A stretch of 64,000 nt of DNA from Gemmatimonas sp. (GTDB lineage Bacteria; Gemmatimonadota; Gemmatimonadetes; Gemmatimonadales; Gemmatimonadaceae), in the NCBI GenBank assembly GCA_031414535.1, contig JANNVQ010000014.1, positions 32,001 to 96,000 of the forward strand. Reading direction: 5' to 3'. The position numbers and the translations under genes are program-made. Of this stretch, positions 1 to 9,644 are shown piece after piece; position 1 is the first letter of the stretch, and each line of letters starts with the position of its first letter. A model generated the notes under the pieces. It ran no database searches. It worked only from the letters and a program-made list of their open reading frames with translations, and was not told where the DNA came from.

Positions 1-199
1 CGCGCAGGAAAAGCTCAAGGGCCTCAAGTCCTCCGGCGGAGGCACCGATTCCGACTACGGACAGTGCCGTGGTCTCCCTCGTCGCCGTCGGCGCTGTGGT
101 GGGCTTGGTCGCTTTGGTCGCCTTGGTCGCCTTGGTCGCTTTGGTCGCTTTGGTCGGCCGATCCGGTGCGACAACCTTCGCCTTCCGTGGGGTCGGCGT
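1..199 (-). CDS. cheB: 5' end of a CheB methylesterase-domain protein (possibly a CheB/CheR fusion), running off the left edge; N-terminal Thr/Lys/Ala low-complexity extension
   Basis: Not in the ORF track. Manual translation of the minus strand from 199 gives TPTPRKAKVVAPDRPTKATKATKATKATKATKPTTAPTATRETTALSVVGIGASAGGLEALELFLR. VVGIGASAGGLEAL is the CheB catalytic-Ser motif. The start codon is uncertain (see findings). Confidence 0.75.
104..157. repeat. 9-bp tandem repeat (Y)TTGGTCGC x6, encoding (A/P)TK repeats on the minus strand
   Basis: cttggtcgc tttggtcgc cttggtcgc cttggtcgc tttggtcgc tttggtcgg read directly from the sequence. Confidence 0.95.
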
Positions 200-359
200 A
201 ACGCAACCTAAAAAGAGACCTCGGCTGGGTGAATCGGTGCCGGGGTTGGCGCGTCTGAGCGTCTACCGAGAACCTAGCTGGTCCGGTGGCGGATTGCCAA
301 CGAACCCCTGCTGCCGCCGATGGCGGAGGGGCCCCAAAATCGGGTACCTTCGTCGTCGT

Positions 360-1841
360 ATGTCGCTCCTCAATCTCTACAACCTCTCGCTGAAGGGCCA
401 CGCATCCACGCCGGCCCTCGAGTGCGAAGCGCCCGATGGGACGCTGCGCAGCCTCACCTTTGGCGAACTCGACCGGCGCAGCGACCAGTGGGCGGCGCTG
501 TTGCGTGCACGTGGGCTGACGCGCGGCAACCGGCTCGGCTTCTGCCTCCTGAACCGACTCGCCGTACTTGACCTGTGGCTTGCCTGCGTGAAGCTCGGCG
601 TGATTGTGGTGCCAATCAACGTGCTCTACAAGGGGCGCGAGATTGGACACATTGTGGGGGATGCGAAGCCCACTGCAGTGGTGACGACGACAGACCGCGC
701 GACGGACCTGCCGGCAGGGACAGTGCTCTGGGATGTTGAGGAGATGGAACGCGAGGCCGAGGAAATTGAGTCCGCGAGTGACTCCGCGTGGGAGCGCTGT
801 AGCGCGGACACAGCGGCGGCAATCATTTATACCTCGGGCACCACCGGCGCGGCCAAGGGAGCGGTGCTCACACACGGCAACTTCGCGGCCAACGCCCTCG
901 CGCTCATCGGCGCCTGGGGCATCACGGCGACGGACCGGTACTTGGCCGCGCTTCCGCTCTTTCACGTGCACGGACTCGCCAATGGGGTGCAGTGTTGGCT
1001 CGCGAGCGGCTGCCACATGAAACTTGTGGAACGCTTTGACCGCGAGGAAGCACTCACCTGGTTTGAGTCGTATCAGCCCACGCTCTTTTTTGGCGTGCCT
1101 ACGATGTACGTGCGCTTGCTTGAGGCCGACGCGGTGAGGGCGCGCGCGATTGGCGCGGGTGTGCGGCTCTTTGTCTCGGGTTCGGCACCGCTACCGCCAC
1201 AGGTCCTTGAGGCATTCAACGAGCGCTTCGGCCACGTGATTCTGGAGCGCTACGGGATGACCGAGACGCTCATGAACGTGAGTAATCCGCTCGTGGGCGA
1301 GCGGCGCGCAGGGACGGTGGGGCTGCCGCTGCCAATGACGGCGGTAGAGATTCGCGACCCTGAGGGTAGCGTGGTAGCTGACGGCGCGGTGGGCGAGCTC
1401 TGGGTGCGGGGGCCGAACGTCTGCAACGGCTACTGGCAGCGGCCCGATGCGACCGCAGCGTCTTTCGTTGACGGTTGGTTCCGCACTGGCGACATCGGCG
1501 TGCGCGCGAGCGACGGCTACATCACGCTGCAGGGCCGGCGGAGCGATCTCATCATCTCGGGCGGGTTCAACATCTATCCGAGAGAGATTGAGGAGTTCTT
1601 GCTCACGCTTCCTGGTGTACGCGAGGCGGCAGTCACAGGCGAGGCTGATCCGGTGCGTGGCGAGATTCCAGTGGCCTATGTGGTTGGTGATGCGACGCTT
1701 GATCTCGCGGCATTGGAGGGCTTGGTCCGCGCCGAGTTGGCGTCGTTCAAGGTGCCACGGCGCTGGGTGCGTCTTGAGGCACTACCGCGTACCGCACTGG
1801 GCAAGGTTCAGAAGCACTTGCTCGCAGCACTAGCCAAGTGA
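360..1841 (+). CDS. matB: Malonyl-CoA synthetase-like acyl-CoA ligase (ANL superfamily)
   Basis: AMP-binding YTSGTTGAAKG; MatB/ACSF3-type RLFVSGSAPL and ERYGMTET; FRTGD; C-terminal LGKVQK; adjacent MatC-like carrier. Start set at ATG 360 rather than GTG 69. Confidence 0.8.
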   Translation: MSLLNLYNLSLKGHASTPALECEAPDGTLRSLTFGELDRRSDQWAALLRARGLTRGNRLGFCLLNRLAVLDLWLACVKLGVIVVPINVLYKGREIGHIVGDAKPTAVVTTTDRATDLPAGTVLWDVEEMEREAEEIESASDSAWERCSADTAAAIIYTSGTTGAAKGAVLTHGNFAANALALIGAWGITATDRYLAALPLFHVHGLANGVQCWLASGCHMKLVERFDREEALTWFESYQPTLFFGVPTMYVRLLEADAVRARAIGAGVRLFVSGSAPLPPQVLEAFNERFGHVILERYGMTETLMNVSNPLVGERRAGTVGLPLPMTAVEIRDPEGSVVADGAVGELWVRGPNVCNGYWQRPDATAASFVDGWFRTGDIGVRASDGYITLQGRRSDLIISGGFNIYPREIEEFLLTLPGVREAAVTGEADPVRGEIPVAYVVGDATLDLAALEGLVRAELASFKVPRRWVRLEALPRTALGKVQKHLLAALAK

Positions 1842-3082
1842 CGCCAGCCGAACTCACGCTCGTCGCGCTTCTCGTGGTAGTGATTGCGAGCTTCGGGACG
1901 CGGCTGAACGTGGGCATCCTCGCGGTGGCGCTCGCGTGGCCCATCGCGGTGTACGCTGCGGGGTGGAAAGCCGAGCAGTTGATGCAGGTCTTCCCATCGT
2001 CGTTGTTCCTCACGCTGTTGGGCGTAACACTGCTATTTGGCGTGGCGCAGGCGAACGGAACGATGGGAGCACTCACGCAGCGTTCGCTTTCTCTGGCGGC
2101 TGGGCGTGCGGGGCTGTTGCCGCTGATCTTCTTTGTCCTTGCCTGCGCGATTAGCACACTGGGACCGGGCGCGATTGCGACACTCGCGTTGTTGGCGCCA
2201 CTTGCGATGGCGGCCAGCGTGCGCGCGGGCGTGCCGGTGTTGCTGACTGCGTTGATGATTGGCAACGGGGCCAACGCGGGGAATCTCTCGCCGTTTAGCG
2301 CGGTGGGTGTGATTGTCGCGTCGTCAATGGAGAAGGCCGGGCTCGCGGGCTTCGAGTGGCGGGTGTGGGCGGCGAACTTCGTGGCGCACGCGCTGGCTGG
2401 CGTGCTCGCGTGGGTGCTCTTCGGCGGGCCGCGGCTGCTGCGCGCGGGGCGCACGATTGCAATTGAGGCGCCAGTTGCATTGACGAGCACGCACCGACTC
2501 ACGCTTACCGTTGGCGCGGCGTGGATTGTAGCGGTGGTGCTACTCAAGGTGAACCTCGGCCTCGCGGCCTTCGCGGCGGCGGCGCTACTCATCCTCGCGC
2601 GCACGGGCGACGACACGGCGATGCTGAAGCAAGTACCGTGGAGCGTGCTCGTGATGGTGTGCGGCGTGAGTGTGCTCATTGGCGTGCTCGAAGGCACGGG
2701 CGGAATGCTGCTGTTCACCGATCTGCTCGCCCGCGTGGCGTCACCAACGAGTGTGAATGGCGTGATTGCGTTCATCACCGGAACCATCTCCACGTACAGC
2801 TCGACCTCGGGCGTGGTGTATCCGACGTTCCTCCCGACCGTTCAGGGACTCGTCGAGCGACTCGGTGGCGGGAATGCGCTGGAGATTGCGCTCTCAATCA
2901 ATGTTGGTGCGGCGCTTGTGGATGTGTCACCGCTGTCTACCCTCGGCGCGCTCTGCATTGCGGCGTTGCCGACGGGTCAGGAGCCGGCCAAGCTGTTCCG
3001 CAGCCTGCTCATCTGGGGCATGTCGATGACCGTGCTTGGGGCCCTGTTCTGTCAGTTGTTCATCGGTGTCTTTGCACGATAG
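1838..3082 (+). CDS. matC: Dicarboxylate/malonate carrier (MatC-like, SLC13/IT superfamily permease)
   Basis: Highly hydrophobic 414 aa; MatC-like N-terminus (LNVGILAVALAW...FPSSLFLTLLGVTLLFGVAQANGT); GANAGNLSP and VDVSPLSTLGAL motifs; 4-nt GTGA overlap with matB. Confidence 0.75.
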   Translation: MTPAELTLVALLVVVIASFGTRLNVGILAVALAWPIAVYAAGWKAEQLMQVFPSSLFLTLLGVTLLFGVAQANGTMGALTQRSLSLAAGRAGLLPLIFFVLACAISTLGPGAIATLALLAPLAMAASVRAGVPVLLTALMIGNGANAGNLSPFSAVGVIVASSMEKAGLAGFEWRVWAANFVAHALAGVLAWVLFGGPRLLRAGRTIAIEAPVALTSTHRLTLTVGAAWIVAVVLLKVNLGLAAFAAAALLILARTGDDTAMLKQVPWSVLVMVCGVSVLIGVLEGTGGMLLFTDLLARVASPTSVNGVIAFITGTISTYSSTSGVVYPTFLPTVQGLVERLGGGNALEIALSINVGAALVDVSPLSTLGALCIAALPTGQEPAKLFRSLLIWGMSMTVLGALFCQLFIGVFAR

Positions 3083-3087
3083 TGCGT

Positions 3088-4017
3088 ATGCTTTCCGCCT
3101 CTCTCCGCGTGCTCGATGGTGGGGTGGCCAGTGAGTTGTCGCGGCAGGGCTTGGACCTCAGTGACGAGCTTTGGTCGGCACGCGTGCTCATTGATGCGCC
3201 CGAGGCGATTGAGCGGGTGCACGAGGAGTACTACCTCGCCGGCGCTGACATTGCTATTACTGCGAGCTATCAGGCGAGCTATGGCGGATTTGCCAAGCGC
3301 GGGCTGAACACCGAGGCCACGAACGTTCTCCTGCGCCGCTCTGTGGAACTGGCGCAGTCGGCTCGCGATCGCGTGTCGCTCCGGTTGCGCCAAGAGTCGG
3401 AGCAGCCTCGAGATTTACTCGTCGCCGCGTCGGTGGGCCCGTATGGTGCGGTGCTTCACGACGGATCCGAATACCGCGGCGATTACGGACTGTCTGAAGA
3501 CGCGTTGGTGGACTTTCACCGTGACCGCTTGAACGTCCTCATCTCCGCTGGCCCTGATCTCATTGCCTGCGAGACCATACCCTCCCGCACTGAGGCGGCG
3601 GCACTTGTCCGACTCCTTGGTGAGCACGCGGGTGCCGAGGCATGGATGACGTTTACCTGCTGCGACGGTAAGCACACTTCAGCCGGCGATTCGATTGCCG
3701 AATGCGCACGTTGGTTAGACGGAGTACCGCAGATTGTGGCACTAGGCATCAACTGCACCGCACCCGAGTTGGTGGAGTCGCTCATCAGAGAGATTGCGTC
3801 TGGCACAGCGAAGCCGATTGTCGTCTACCCAAACTCTGGTGAAGCCTGGGACGCTGACGCGCGCTGCTGGACGGGAAATGCCGACCGATTCACCACGTAC
3901 GTCCCAACTTGGCTGAAGGCAGGTGCGACCTGGATCGGTGGCTGCTGCCGCACGACACCCGATGACATCAGGCGCGTGCGACAGGACGTTGATGCGTATA
4001 CGAACTCCCGCGGCTGA
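3088..4017 (+). CDS. mmuM: Homocysteine S-methyltransferase
   Basis: VLDGG, AGADIAITASYQAS, SVGPYGAVLHDGSEYRG, CETIP, GINC, YPNSGE and the terminal GGCC Zn ligands; ATG 3088 lies inside ORF 2521..4017. Confidence 0.9.
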   Translation: MLSASLRVLDGGVASELSRQGLDLSDELWSARVLIDAPEAIERVHEEYYLAGADIAITASYQASYGGFAKRGLNTEATNVLLRRSVELAQSARDRVSLRLRQESEQPRDLLVAASVGPYGAVLHDGSEYRGDYGLSEDALVDFHRDRLNVLISAGPDLIACETIPSRTEAAALVRLLGEHAGAEAWMTFTCCDGKHTSAGDSIAECARWLDGVPQIVALGINCTAPELVESLIREIASGTAKPIVVYPNSGEAWDADARCWTGNADRFTTYVPTWLKAGATWIGGCCRTTPDDIRRVRQDVDAYTNSRG

Positions 4018-4023
4018 GCGCCG

Positions 4024-7000
4024 CTAGCGGCGATCCAAGCTCAGCACCACGAGGCGCGACGTCGAGCCACCGCCGGTCGCTATTGCCACGAACTGACGCC
4101 CATCGCTGGTGCGGTACGTCATCGGATTCGAATACGCTTGTTGTCCGAGGTCGAGTTCCCACAGCGTGACGCCCGAGCGCGTGTCAATCGCATAAAGCAC
4201 GCGCCCGCCCCCAGACGCGAAGACGAGCCCCCCTCCAGTGACGAGTGCGCCTGGTGAGCCCGACACGCCAAGCCGCGCGGGTAGCACCGCACCGCGCAGC
4301 GCCGGATGCGCGCGCACCTCGGGAGTGTCACCAAGCGGCACCTGCCACATCGTCTCGCCGGTGTTCATATCAACAGCCGTGAGCGTGCCGTACGGCGGCT
4401 TGTTCACCGGCAAGCGCGACGACGAGCGTTCGGCGCCCTCGGCGTTATCGCGCTGCGAAACGCCGAGCGACGAGTTCGGGAGGTCAATCGCATAGGGCGA
4501 GTCTACCGTGTCGCTCGGGGCATCACGCTTGATGAGACGAAATAGCGCCGGCGCGTTGGAGCCCTTCACAAAAAGCCAACCGGTAGTGGGGTCTACCGCG
4601 GCCCCGCCCCAGCCCGCACCGCCAATCACGCCAGGCATCGCGACGGTGCCCTGTAAGGACGGCGGAGTATACATAGGGCCAAGCCGATAGGGCGTAACCT
4701 CGGCGAGTGCGGCCGCACGCAGTGCGGGCGTGAAGTTCATCAGGTCATCAACGCCAAGTCCTTGTTGGGTGAAGGGAGCCGGCTTCGTCGGAAATGGCTG
4801 CGTCGGCCAAGCGGCTTCACCCGGCACGTCGCTGGCCGGGACTGTGCGTTCCTCAATTGGCCAGAGCGGCGCGCCCGTGGCACGCTCAAACGCGAAGAGC
4901 ATTCCCTGCTTGGTCGGCGCAACGACGATGTCTTTCCGTACGCCGTTGTGCGTCACCGTCATCAGGTTCGGCGGCGCGGGTAGATCGTAGTCCCAAAGTC
5001 CATGATGCGCGACTTGAAAATGCCAGACGCGCTGCCCAGTACGCGCATCGAGCGCGACGAGTGACTCGCCAAAGAGATTCGCGCCGTTGCGCTCGCCGCC
5101 GTACCAATCGTCGCTCGGCGTGCCGACCGGCAGAAAAACGAGACCACGCGCGCTGTCTACCGTGAATGGAGCCCACACATTGGTGTGACCCTTGTAGCGC
5201 CAGGAACCGTCCTCCCAAGTCTCGTTGCCCATCTCGCCCGGCTCGGGCACAGTTTTGAAGCGCCACACGCGACGACCGGTGCGCACGTCGAAGGCCTGCA
5301 CGTCGCCCGGCGGATCGCCGCGGTACATCAGACGATCGCCAACGCCGTTGCCGACAATCACCAGATTGCCCCAGACCACAGGCGGTGAGGTGTTGGTGTA
5401 GTGCTCACGGCGCACGGGGCGTGAGAGATCGTCGGTGAGGTCAATTTCCCCACCTGTGCCGAAAGAAGCGATGGGCGTACCACTTACCGCGTCGAGCGCA
5501 ATCAAGCGCCAACGCGAGTTAATGAACACGCGCCGTGAGGTGCCATCAGTCCAGGTCGCGACGCCGCGGTGCACGAAGCCCGTACCGTTGCTCGGCTGGC
5601 CGTAGGTCTTCCACGGTTGCGGGTCGTACTGCCAGAGTTCGCGGCCACTGCGCGCGTCGAGCGCAATGACGCGATTGAAGGGCGTGGGGAAGATCAGCGT
5701 GTCGCCAATCGCAAGCGGCGTGGCCTGGAAAAATCCGGGGCGCGCGGGTCTCTGCCCCTCGCTCGCAGGTACGGGCCGCTCGTCGGCGTCCCAACTGAAG
5801 GCGATGCGCAGTCCGTGTACGTTGGTGCGGTCAATGTCATTGAGCGGTGAGTACTTGAGTCCGCCAGCATCATTGCCGTATGCGGCCCAGCCCACCGCAG
5901 CTCCGCGCTCGCGATCAAGCCGTTCCGGCGCGAGCACGACATTACCACCCTTCATCACGAAGACGATGCGCTGCAGAGCCGTGATGTCGGTGAGCGGATT
6001 GCCATCCACGGCAATCACGTCCGCTACTCTTCCCTCAACGACAGTCCCAAGGCTGTCGGCGAGGCCGAGTGCTTCGGCGGCGAGCGAGGTCGCAGCACGA
6101 ATGGCCTCGGCGTTGGCCTGACCGGCCTCGCGCACGCGGTAGATAATCTCTCGCGCATTCTGCCCGTGCGCTCCCGCGACGGCATCGGTGCCCATCACGA
6201 GTTTGAGACCCGGGGTGCGCATCGCCTCGCGGAAGAGTGCGAGATTCTTCGGCACGACGTCCTCCATGAACCGGAATCCCTCGTCGGTGAAGTTGCCCAC
6301 GCCAACAAAGCGCGCGCGATTCTCGAGGTAGTTCTGGATGACGAGGCCGATGTTGGGCTCAAAGAAGGTTCCGCGCTGTACCATGAGCGCGAGCTCGGTG
6401 GCTGTCACCTGCGTGCCGTGCGTGACGCCGGTGCATCCGGCATTGGCAGCCGCGCGCACCGCCGAAGCCGCGTGCGCGTGCACCCAACTACGCAGGCCCG
6501 CCTTGCGAGCTTCATCGCAGGCGGCGAAAATCTGCGCGTCGCTCAGCGTCTGACCGCCACCGTCGCGGATGCTCCGCGATGAGAAGATCTTGATGACATC
6601 GGCGCCGCGCGCGGCCGTCGTGCGCACCCACTCGCGAATTTGCTCGGGTGTGCGCGAGGTGTCGCTGAACTGGGCGACCGATGTGAGAATGCGCGGTCCT
6701 TCGGCGCGTCCCTCGGCGATTGCGCTGCGGAGCTCAAGATCGATTGCCGCGCCGAGGCTCTGCACGGTGGTGAAGCCGGCGCGTAGTGTGAGCTGCGCGT
6801 TCTCCATCGCCGCCCGCAGGCGCTGCTGAGGCGTCTCGCCGCGATTGTTCGCGCGGCCGTCAGCGCCAAAGTGACCATCAATGTGAACGTGCGTGTCTAT
6901 TAGACCAGGTAGCAGTGTACGCCCTGATAGATCCCAGGACACCACCGTGCCCGCGCGCCACGGCGCGATGCGTGTGATGCGGGAGCCGTCAATGGTGAGC

Positions 7001-7179
7001 ACGACGTCGCGCTGCACGCCGCCGCGTCCGTCGAGGAGGGTACCCACCCGGATGGTCAGCGGAGCGCGCTGCGGCGCGCTTTGCGGCACGGGCGTGCCAG
7101 CCGCGAGTGCGAACGGGATTGAGAGAATCACGGCTCGCCGGAGCACGGGGGAGCGGGTCCAGCCGGAAGGATTTTGCAT
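4024..7179 (-). CDS. Secreted fusion: N-terminal metal-dependent amidohydrolase + C-terminal PQQ-dependent (glucose/quinate-type) dehydrogenase beta-propeller
   Basis: Signal-like N-terminus. Amidohydrolase ligands LPGLIDTHVH, IKIF, VHAH, THG, GTDA. Then YGNDAGGLKYSPL, FQATPL, HHGLWDYDLP, KPPYGTLTAVD and NPMTY motifs of quinoprotein dehydrogenases. Confidence 0.85.
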   Translation of the reverse strand: MQNPSGWTRSPVLRRAVILSIPFALAAGTPVPQSAPQRAPLTIRVGTLLDGRGGVQRDVVLTIDGSRITRIAPWRAGTVVSWDLSGRTLLPGLIDTHVHIDGHFGADGRANNRGETPQQRLRAAMENAQLTLRAGFTTVQSLGAAIDLELRSAIAEGRAEGPRILTSVAQFSDTSRTPEQIREWVRTTAARGADVIKIFSSRSIRDGGGQTLSDAQIFAACDEARKAGLRSWVHAHAASAVRAAANAGCTGVTHGTQVTATELALMVQRGTFFEPNIGLVIQNYLENRARFVGVGNFTDEGFRFMEDVVPKNLALFREAMRTPGLKLVMGTDAVAGAHGQNAREIIYRVREAGQANAEAIRAATSLAAEALGLADSLGTVVEGRVADVIAVDGNPLTDITALQRIVFVMKGGNVVLAPERLDRERGAAVGWAAYGNDAGGLKYSPLNDIDRTNVHGLRIAFSWDADERPVPASEGQRPARPGFFQATPLAIGDTLIFPTPFNRVIALDARSGRELWQYDPQPWKTYGQPSNGTGFVHRGVATWTDGTSRRVFINSRWRLIALDAVSGTPIASFGTGGEIDLTDDLSRPVRREHYTNTSPPVVWGNLVIVGNGVGDRLMYRGDPPGDVQAFDVRTGRRVWRFKTVPEPGEMGNETWEDGSWRYKGHTNVWAPFTVDSARGLVFLPVGTPSDDWYGGERNGANLFGESLVALDARTGQRVWHFQVAHHGLWDYDLPAPPNLMTVTHNGVRKDIVVAPTKQGMLFAFERATGAPLWPIEERTVPASDVPGEAAWPTQPFPTKPAPFTQQGLGVDDLMNFTPALRAAALAEVTPYRLGPMYTPPSLQGTVAMPGVIGGAGWGGAAVDPTTGWLFVKGSNAPALFRLIKRDAPSDTVDSPYAIDLPNSSLGVSQRDNAEGAERSSSRLPVNKPPYGTLTAVDMNTGETMWQVPLGDTPEVRAHPALRGAVLPARLGVSGSPGALVTGGGLVFASGGGRVLYAIDTRSGVTLWELDLGQQAYSNPMTYRTSDGRQFVAIATGGGSTSRLVVLSLDRR

Positions 7180-7256
7180 CGCAGCCTCGGAAATCGGATA
7201 CGGGGAAATCTATGGTCTATCTCGCGCCGCCACCTTGGGCGAGTTAGCATCCGACT

Positions 7257-7931
7257 GTGACGACTGACCGAAGGGACTTCATTAAGCGCGCCGCCCTTGC
7301 GGCCGCCACCGCGTCGGGGCTCGGCGCAACCGAAGCGCTCACGCAGGGCGCGGCCAGCGCTTCGCGCACTCCGGCCACTGCGACGTCGCAGCCGGGTGCG
7401 CCACAGAGCGCTGCGCAAACAACGACTCGGACCCTCGATCCCCTGCTCCTCCGCGCGCTCGGCGACGCAATCCTCCCGGAGATGCTCGGCGATACCGGGC
7501 GCGCACGTGCCATCGCCGCCTTCGCGACTTGGCTGGCGCAGTACACACCAGTGGCCGAGGAGATGCACGGCTACGGCGACGCTGAGATCACCTACACGCC
7601 GAGCGATCCGGCGCCGGGGTGGAACGCACAGCTCACGGGACTCGATTTGCTCGCACGCCGCAAGCATCGACGCGCTTTTGCGCGGCTCAGCGTGCCGTTG
7701 CGGCGTGCGGTGGTACAGACGCAACTCGCGCGAGTCAGCACAAGCCGCCTGCCAGCCAACCCGCTCGCGGCACCGCACGTGGCCGTCGCGCTACTCGCGC
7801 ACTGGGCCGCCTCGAGCGAGGCAACCGATCTCGCGTACGAGGCGCGTATCATGAAGGGGAACTGCCGCCTGCTCTCCCAGACGTCGCGCCCGCCTCTCCC
7901 GCTCACCCAAGAAACCACGGGGGAAGCATGA
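7257..7931 (+). CDS. Tat-signal protein, gluconate-2-dehydrogenase subunit-3-like small subunit
   Basis: DRRDFIK twin-arginine motif; LGDAILP helix; ATGA overlap with the downstream GMC flavoprotein. Confidence 0.6.
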   Translation: MTTDRRDFIKRAALAAATASGLGATEALTQGAASASRTPATATSQPGAPQSAAQTTTRTLDPLLLRALGDAILPEMLGDTGRARAIAAFATWLAQYTPVAEEMHGYGDAEITYTPSDPAPGWNAQLTGLDLLARRKHRRAFARLSVPLRRAVVQTQLARVSTSRLPANPLAAPHVAVALLAHWAASSEATDLAYEARIMKGNCRLLSQTSRPPLPLTQETTGEA

Positions 7932-9559
7932 CAGCGCCTCGCGTTCTCGAAGCCGACATCTGTATTGTCGGCTCTGGCATCACCGCCGCGCTCATGGCCG
8001 AGAAGCTCGCGGCCGAACGTGACGCAACGATTCTCGTTGTGGAGGCCGGTGGTCACTCGACTCCGATGCGCGAGCGCGCCCTTAAGCGCGCACGCTGGAT
8101 GGACTACGGGGAGACGCCGTGGCCCAACGATCATCTCGACGACCAGACCGCGCTCGGCACCGCGTACGGGTTCTCACCGTCAATGAACGTGGGCGGACTC
8201 GCGCTGCACTGGGGCGGAGTGACGCCACGCTACTCGCCCGAGGACTTCCGTCTGCGCACGCTCTATGGCGTGGGCGACGATTGGCCCATCAGCTACGACG
8301 ACCTTGATCCGTTCTATCAAGAAGCCGAGGAGCGGATGGGCATTGCTGGCGAGCAGGGGCCAGCGGCGATGGATCCGCGCGGCAAGCCGTTTCCTATGCC
8401 TGCGCTCCCACTCAGTCAGAATCTGCAACAGTTGCAGGAATGGGCGGGCAAGGCGGGAATTGCGATGTGGAGTCAGCCGAGCGCGAAGAACTCCGTGCCG
8501 TACAACGGGCGAGGGGTTTGTCAGCGTTGCGATACTTGTTATCCGATCTGCCCGAGCGGCGCGAAGTACTCGCCGGACTTTTCATTTGATGCGCTTGTGC
8601 GTTCCGGGCGCATCAGGCTCGTGACGGACACACTCGTACGCCGCTTGCATGCCGACGCGCGCACGGGGCGCATCACGCACGCGACGGCGAACGCGACGAA
8701 GGGAACGCGGCAGGAGGTAACGATTCGTGCGAAGACCTTCGTGCTCGCCGCTGGATTCACGTGGACACCGCATCTGCTACTGCTCTCCGCAGGTGGTGCG
8801 TATCCAAACGGCATTGCCAATAGCTCCGGACTCGTCGGCAAGTACATCTGCGGTCACCGCAACGTGGGTGCGCAGATTCGCTTGCCAATGAAGCTTTTCC
8901 CCGGTGTGAACGCGCAGCACTCACTCGTCACTAAGCAGTTCATGCGGCCGGGGGCGCTCGACCGGTACATTCGCCACGACCTACGCGTGTGGGAGTCGTC
9001 GTTCGGTCAGGAGCCGCGCCTGCGCGATGACTCGGGCGCGCTCTTGCTTGGCGACGCGCTTATGAATGACTGGCGCTCTCGCACCGTGAAGGGCACGGCG
9101 CGTGTGCGTGCCTACTACGACGTGCTTCCGGCGCGCGACAGCGAGCTCACGCTCGATTCGAGTGCCCAGAACGCGTGGGGCGACCCGATGCCGCGCCTGC
9201 AGTTCCGTGACGCGCCCGAGTCGGTGGCCTTGCGCGCGTGGACCGAGCAGAGCATTCGCGACCTTTTCCAACGCATGGCGCGCGCCGGCGACGGTGAGAT
9301 TATCTCGAACGCCTCGGCGGCCGGCGACATCGGGCAAGAACATCCCGGTGGCGGTTGCCGCATGGGCAATGATCCTGCGACGAGCGTCGTGGATCGAGAC
9401 GGGCGCGCGCACGACCACGACAATCTGTTTATCGCCGGGGCGCCTACGAATGTGACGGCGAGCTGCTGTAACGGCACGCTCACTTTCGCAGCGCTTGGTT
9501 TGCTGACCGCGGCGCGTGTAGGCGAGACGTTCACGGCGCGCTCGGTTCGCAATCCGTAG
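7928..9559 (+). CDS. GMC-family FAD oxidoreductase with a Cys-rich Fe-S motif
   Basis: IVGSGITA FAD motif, VGGLALHWGG, DDWPISYDDLDPFYQEAE, CQRCDTCYPICPSGAK, EHPGGGCRMG; start at ATG 7928. Confidence 0.9.
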   Translation: MTAPRVLEADICIVGSGITAALMAEKLAAERDATILVVEAGGHSTPMRERALKRARWMDYGETPWPNDHLDDQTALGTAYGFSPSMNVGGLALHWGGVTPRYSPEDFRLRTLYGVGDDWPISYDDLDPFYQEAEERMGIAGEQGPAAMDPRGKPFPMPALPLSQNLQQLQEWAGKAGIAMWSQPSAKNSVPYNGRGVCQRCDTCYPICPSGAKYSPDFSFDALVRSGRIRLVTDTLVRRLHADARTGRITHATANATKGTRQEVTIRAKTFVLAAGFTWTPHLLLLSAGGAYPNGIANSSGLVGKYICGHRNVGAQIRLPMKLFPGVNAQHSLVTKQFMRPGALDRYIRHDLRVWESSFGQEPRLRDDSGALLLGDALMNDWRSRTVKGTARVRAYYDVLPARDSELTLDSSAQNAWGDPMPRLQFRDAPESVALRAWTEQSIRDLFQRMARAGDGEIISNASAAGDIGQEHPGGGCRMGNDPATSVVDRDGRAHDHDNLFIAGAPTNVTASCCNGTLTFAALGLLTAARVGETFTARSVRNP

Positions 9560-9644
9560 TCGTAGTATGACCTGACTCGGCGCTTCCGCACAGTCACATA
9601 GACACACTTTGCTCTTCGCTGCGCTCATTTCACCGGATCTTCGC

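Noticed and set aside
69..359. Hydrophobic N-terminal extension (VALVALVAL...) of the matB ORF, resembling a membrane anchor
   Set aside because: It is the antisense reading of the ATK repeat in the minus-strand cheB-type gene; the ligase fold begins at ATG 360
24..1016. 330-aa minus-strand ORF with DQSDQG repeats
   Set aside because: Shadow ORF antisense to matB and out of frame with the CheB motif
2521..3087. Long upstream extensions of ORF-track calls (mmuM 2521, GMC 7619, M20 11081, M24 19182 and 34329, GH13 50484, EIICB 59555)
   Set aside because: They overlap neighbouring genes and read as Arg/Pro-rich off-frame sequence; downstream starts match signal peptides or stop/start overlaps
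7189..7210. GGAAATC direct repeat in the divergent promoter between the PQQ fusion and the Tat subunit
   Set aside because: Only two 7-mers at 15-bp spacing and no adjacent regulator; cannot be told from chance
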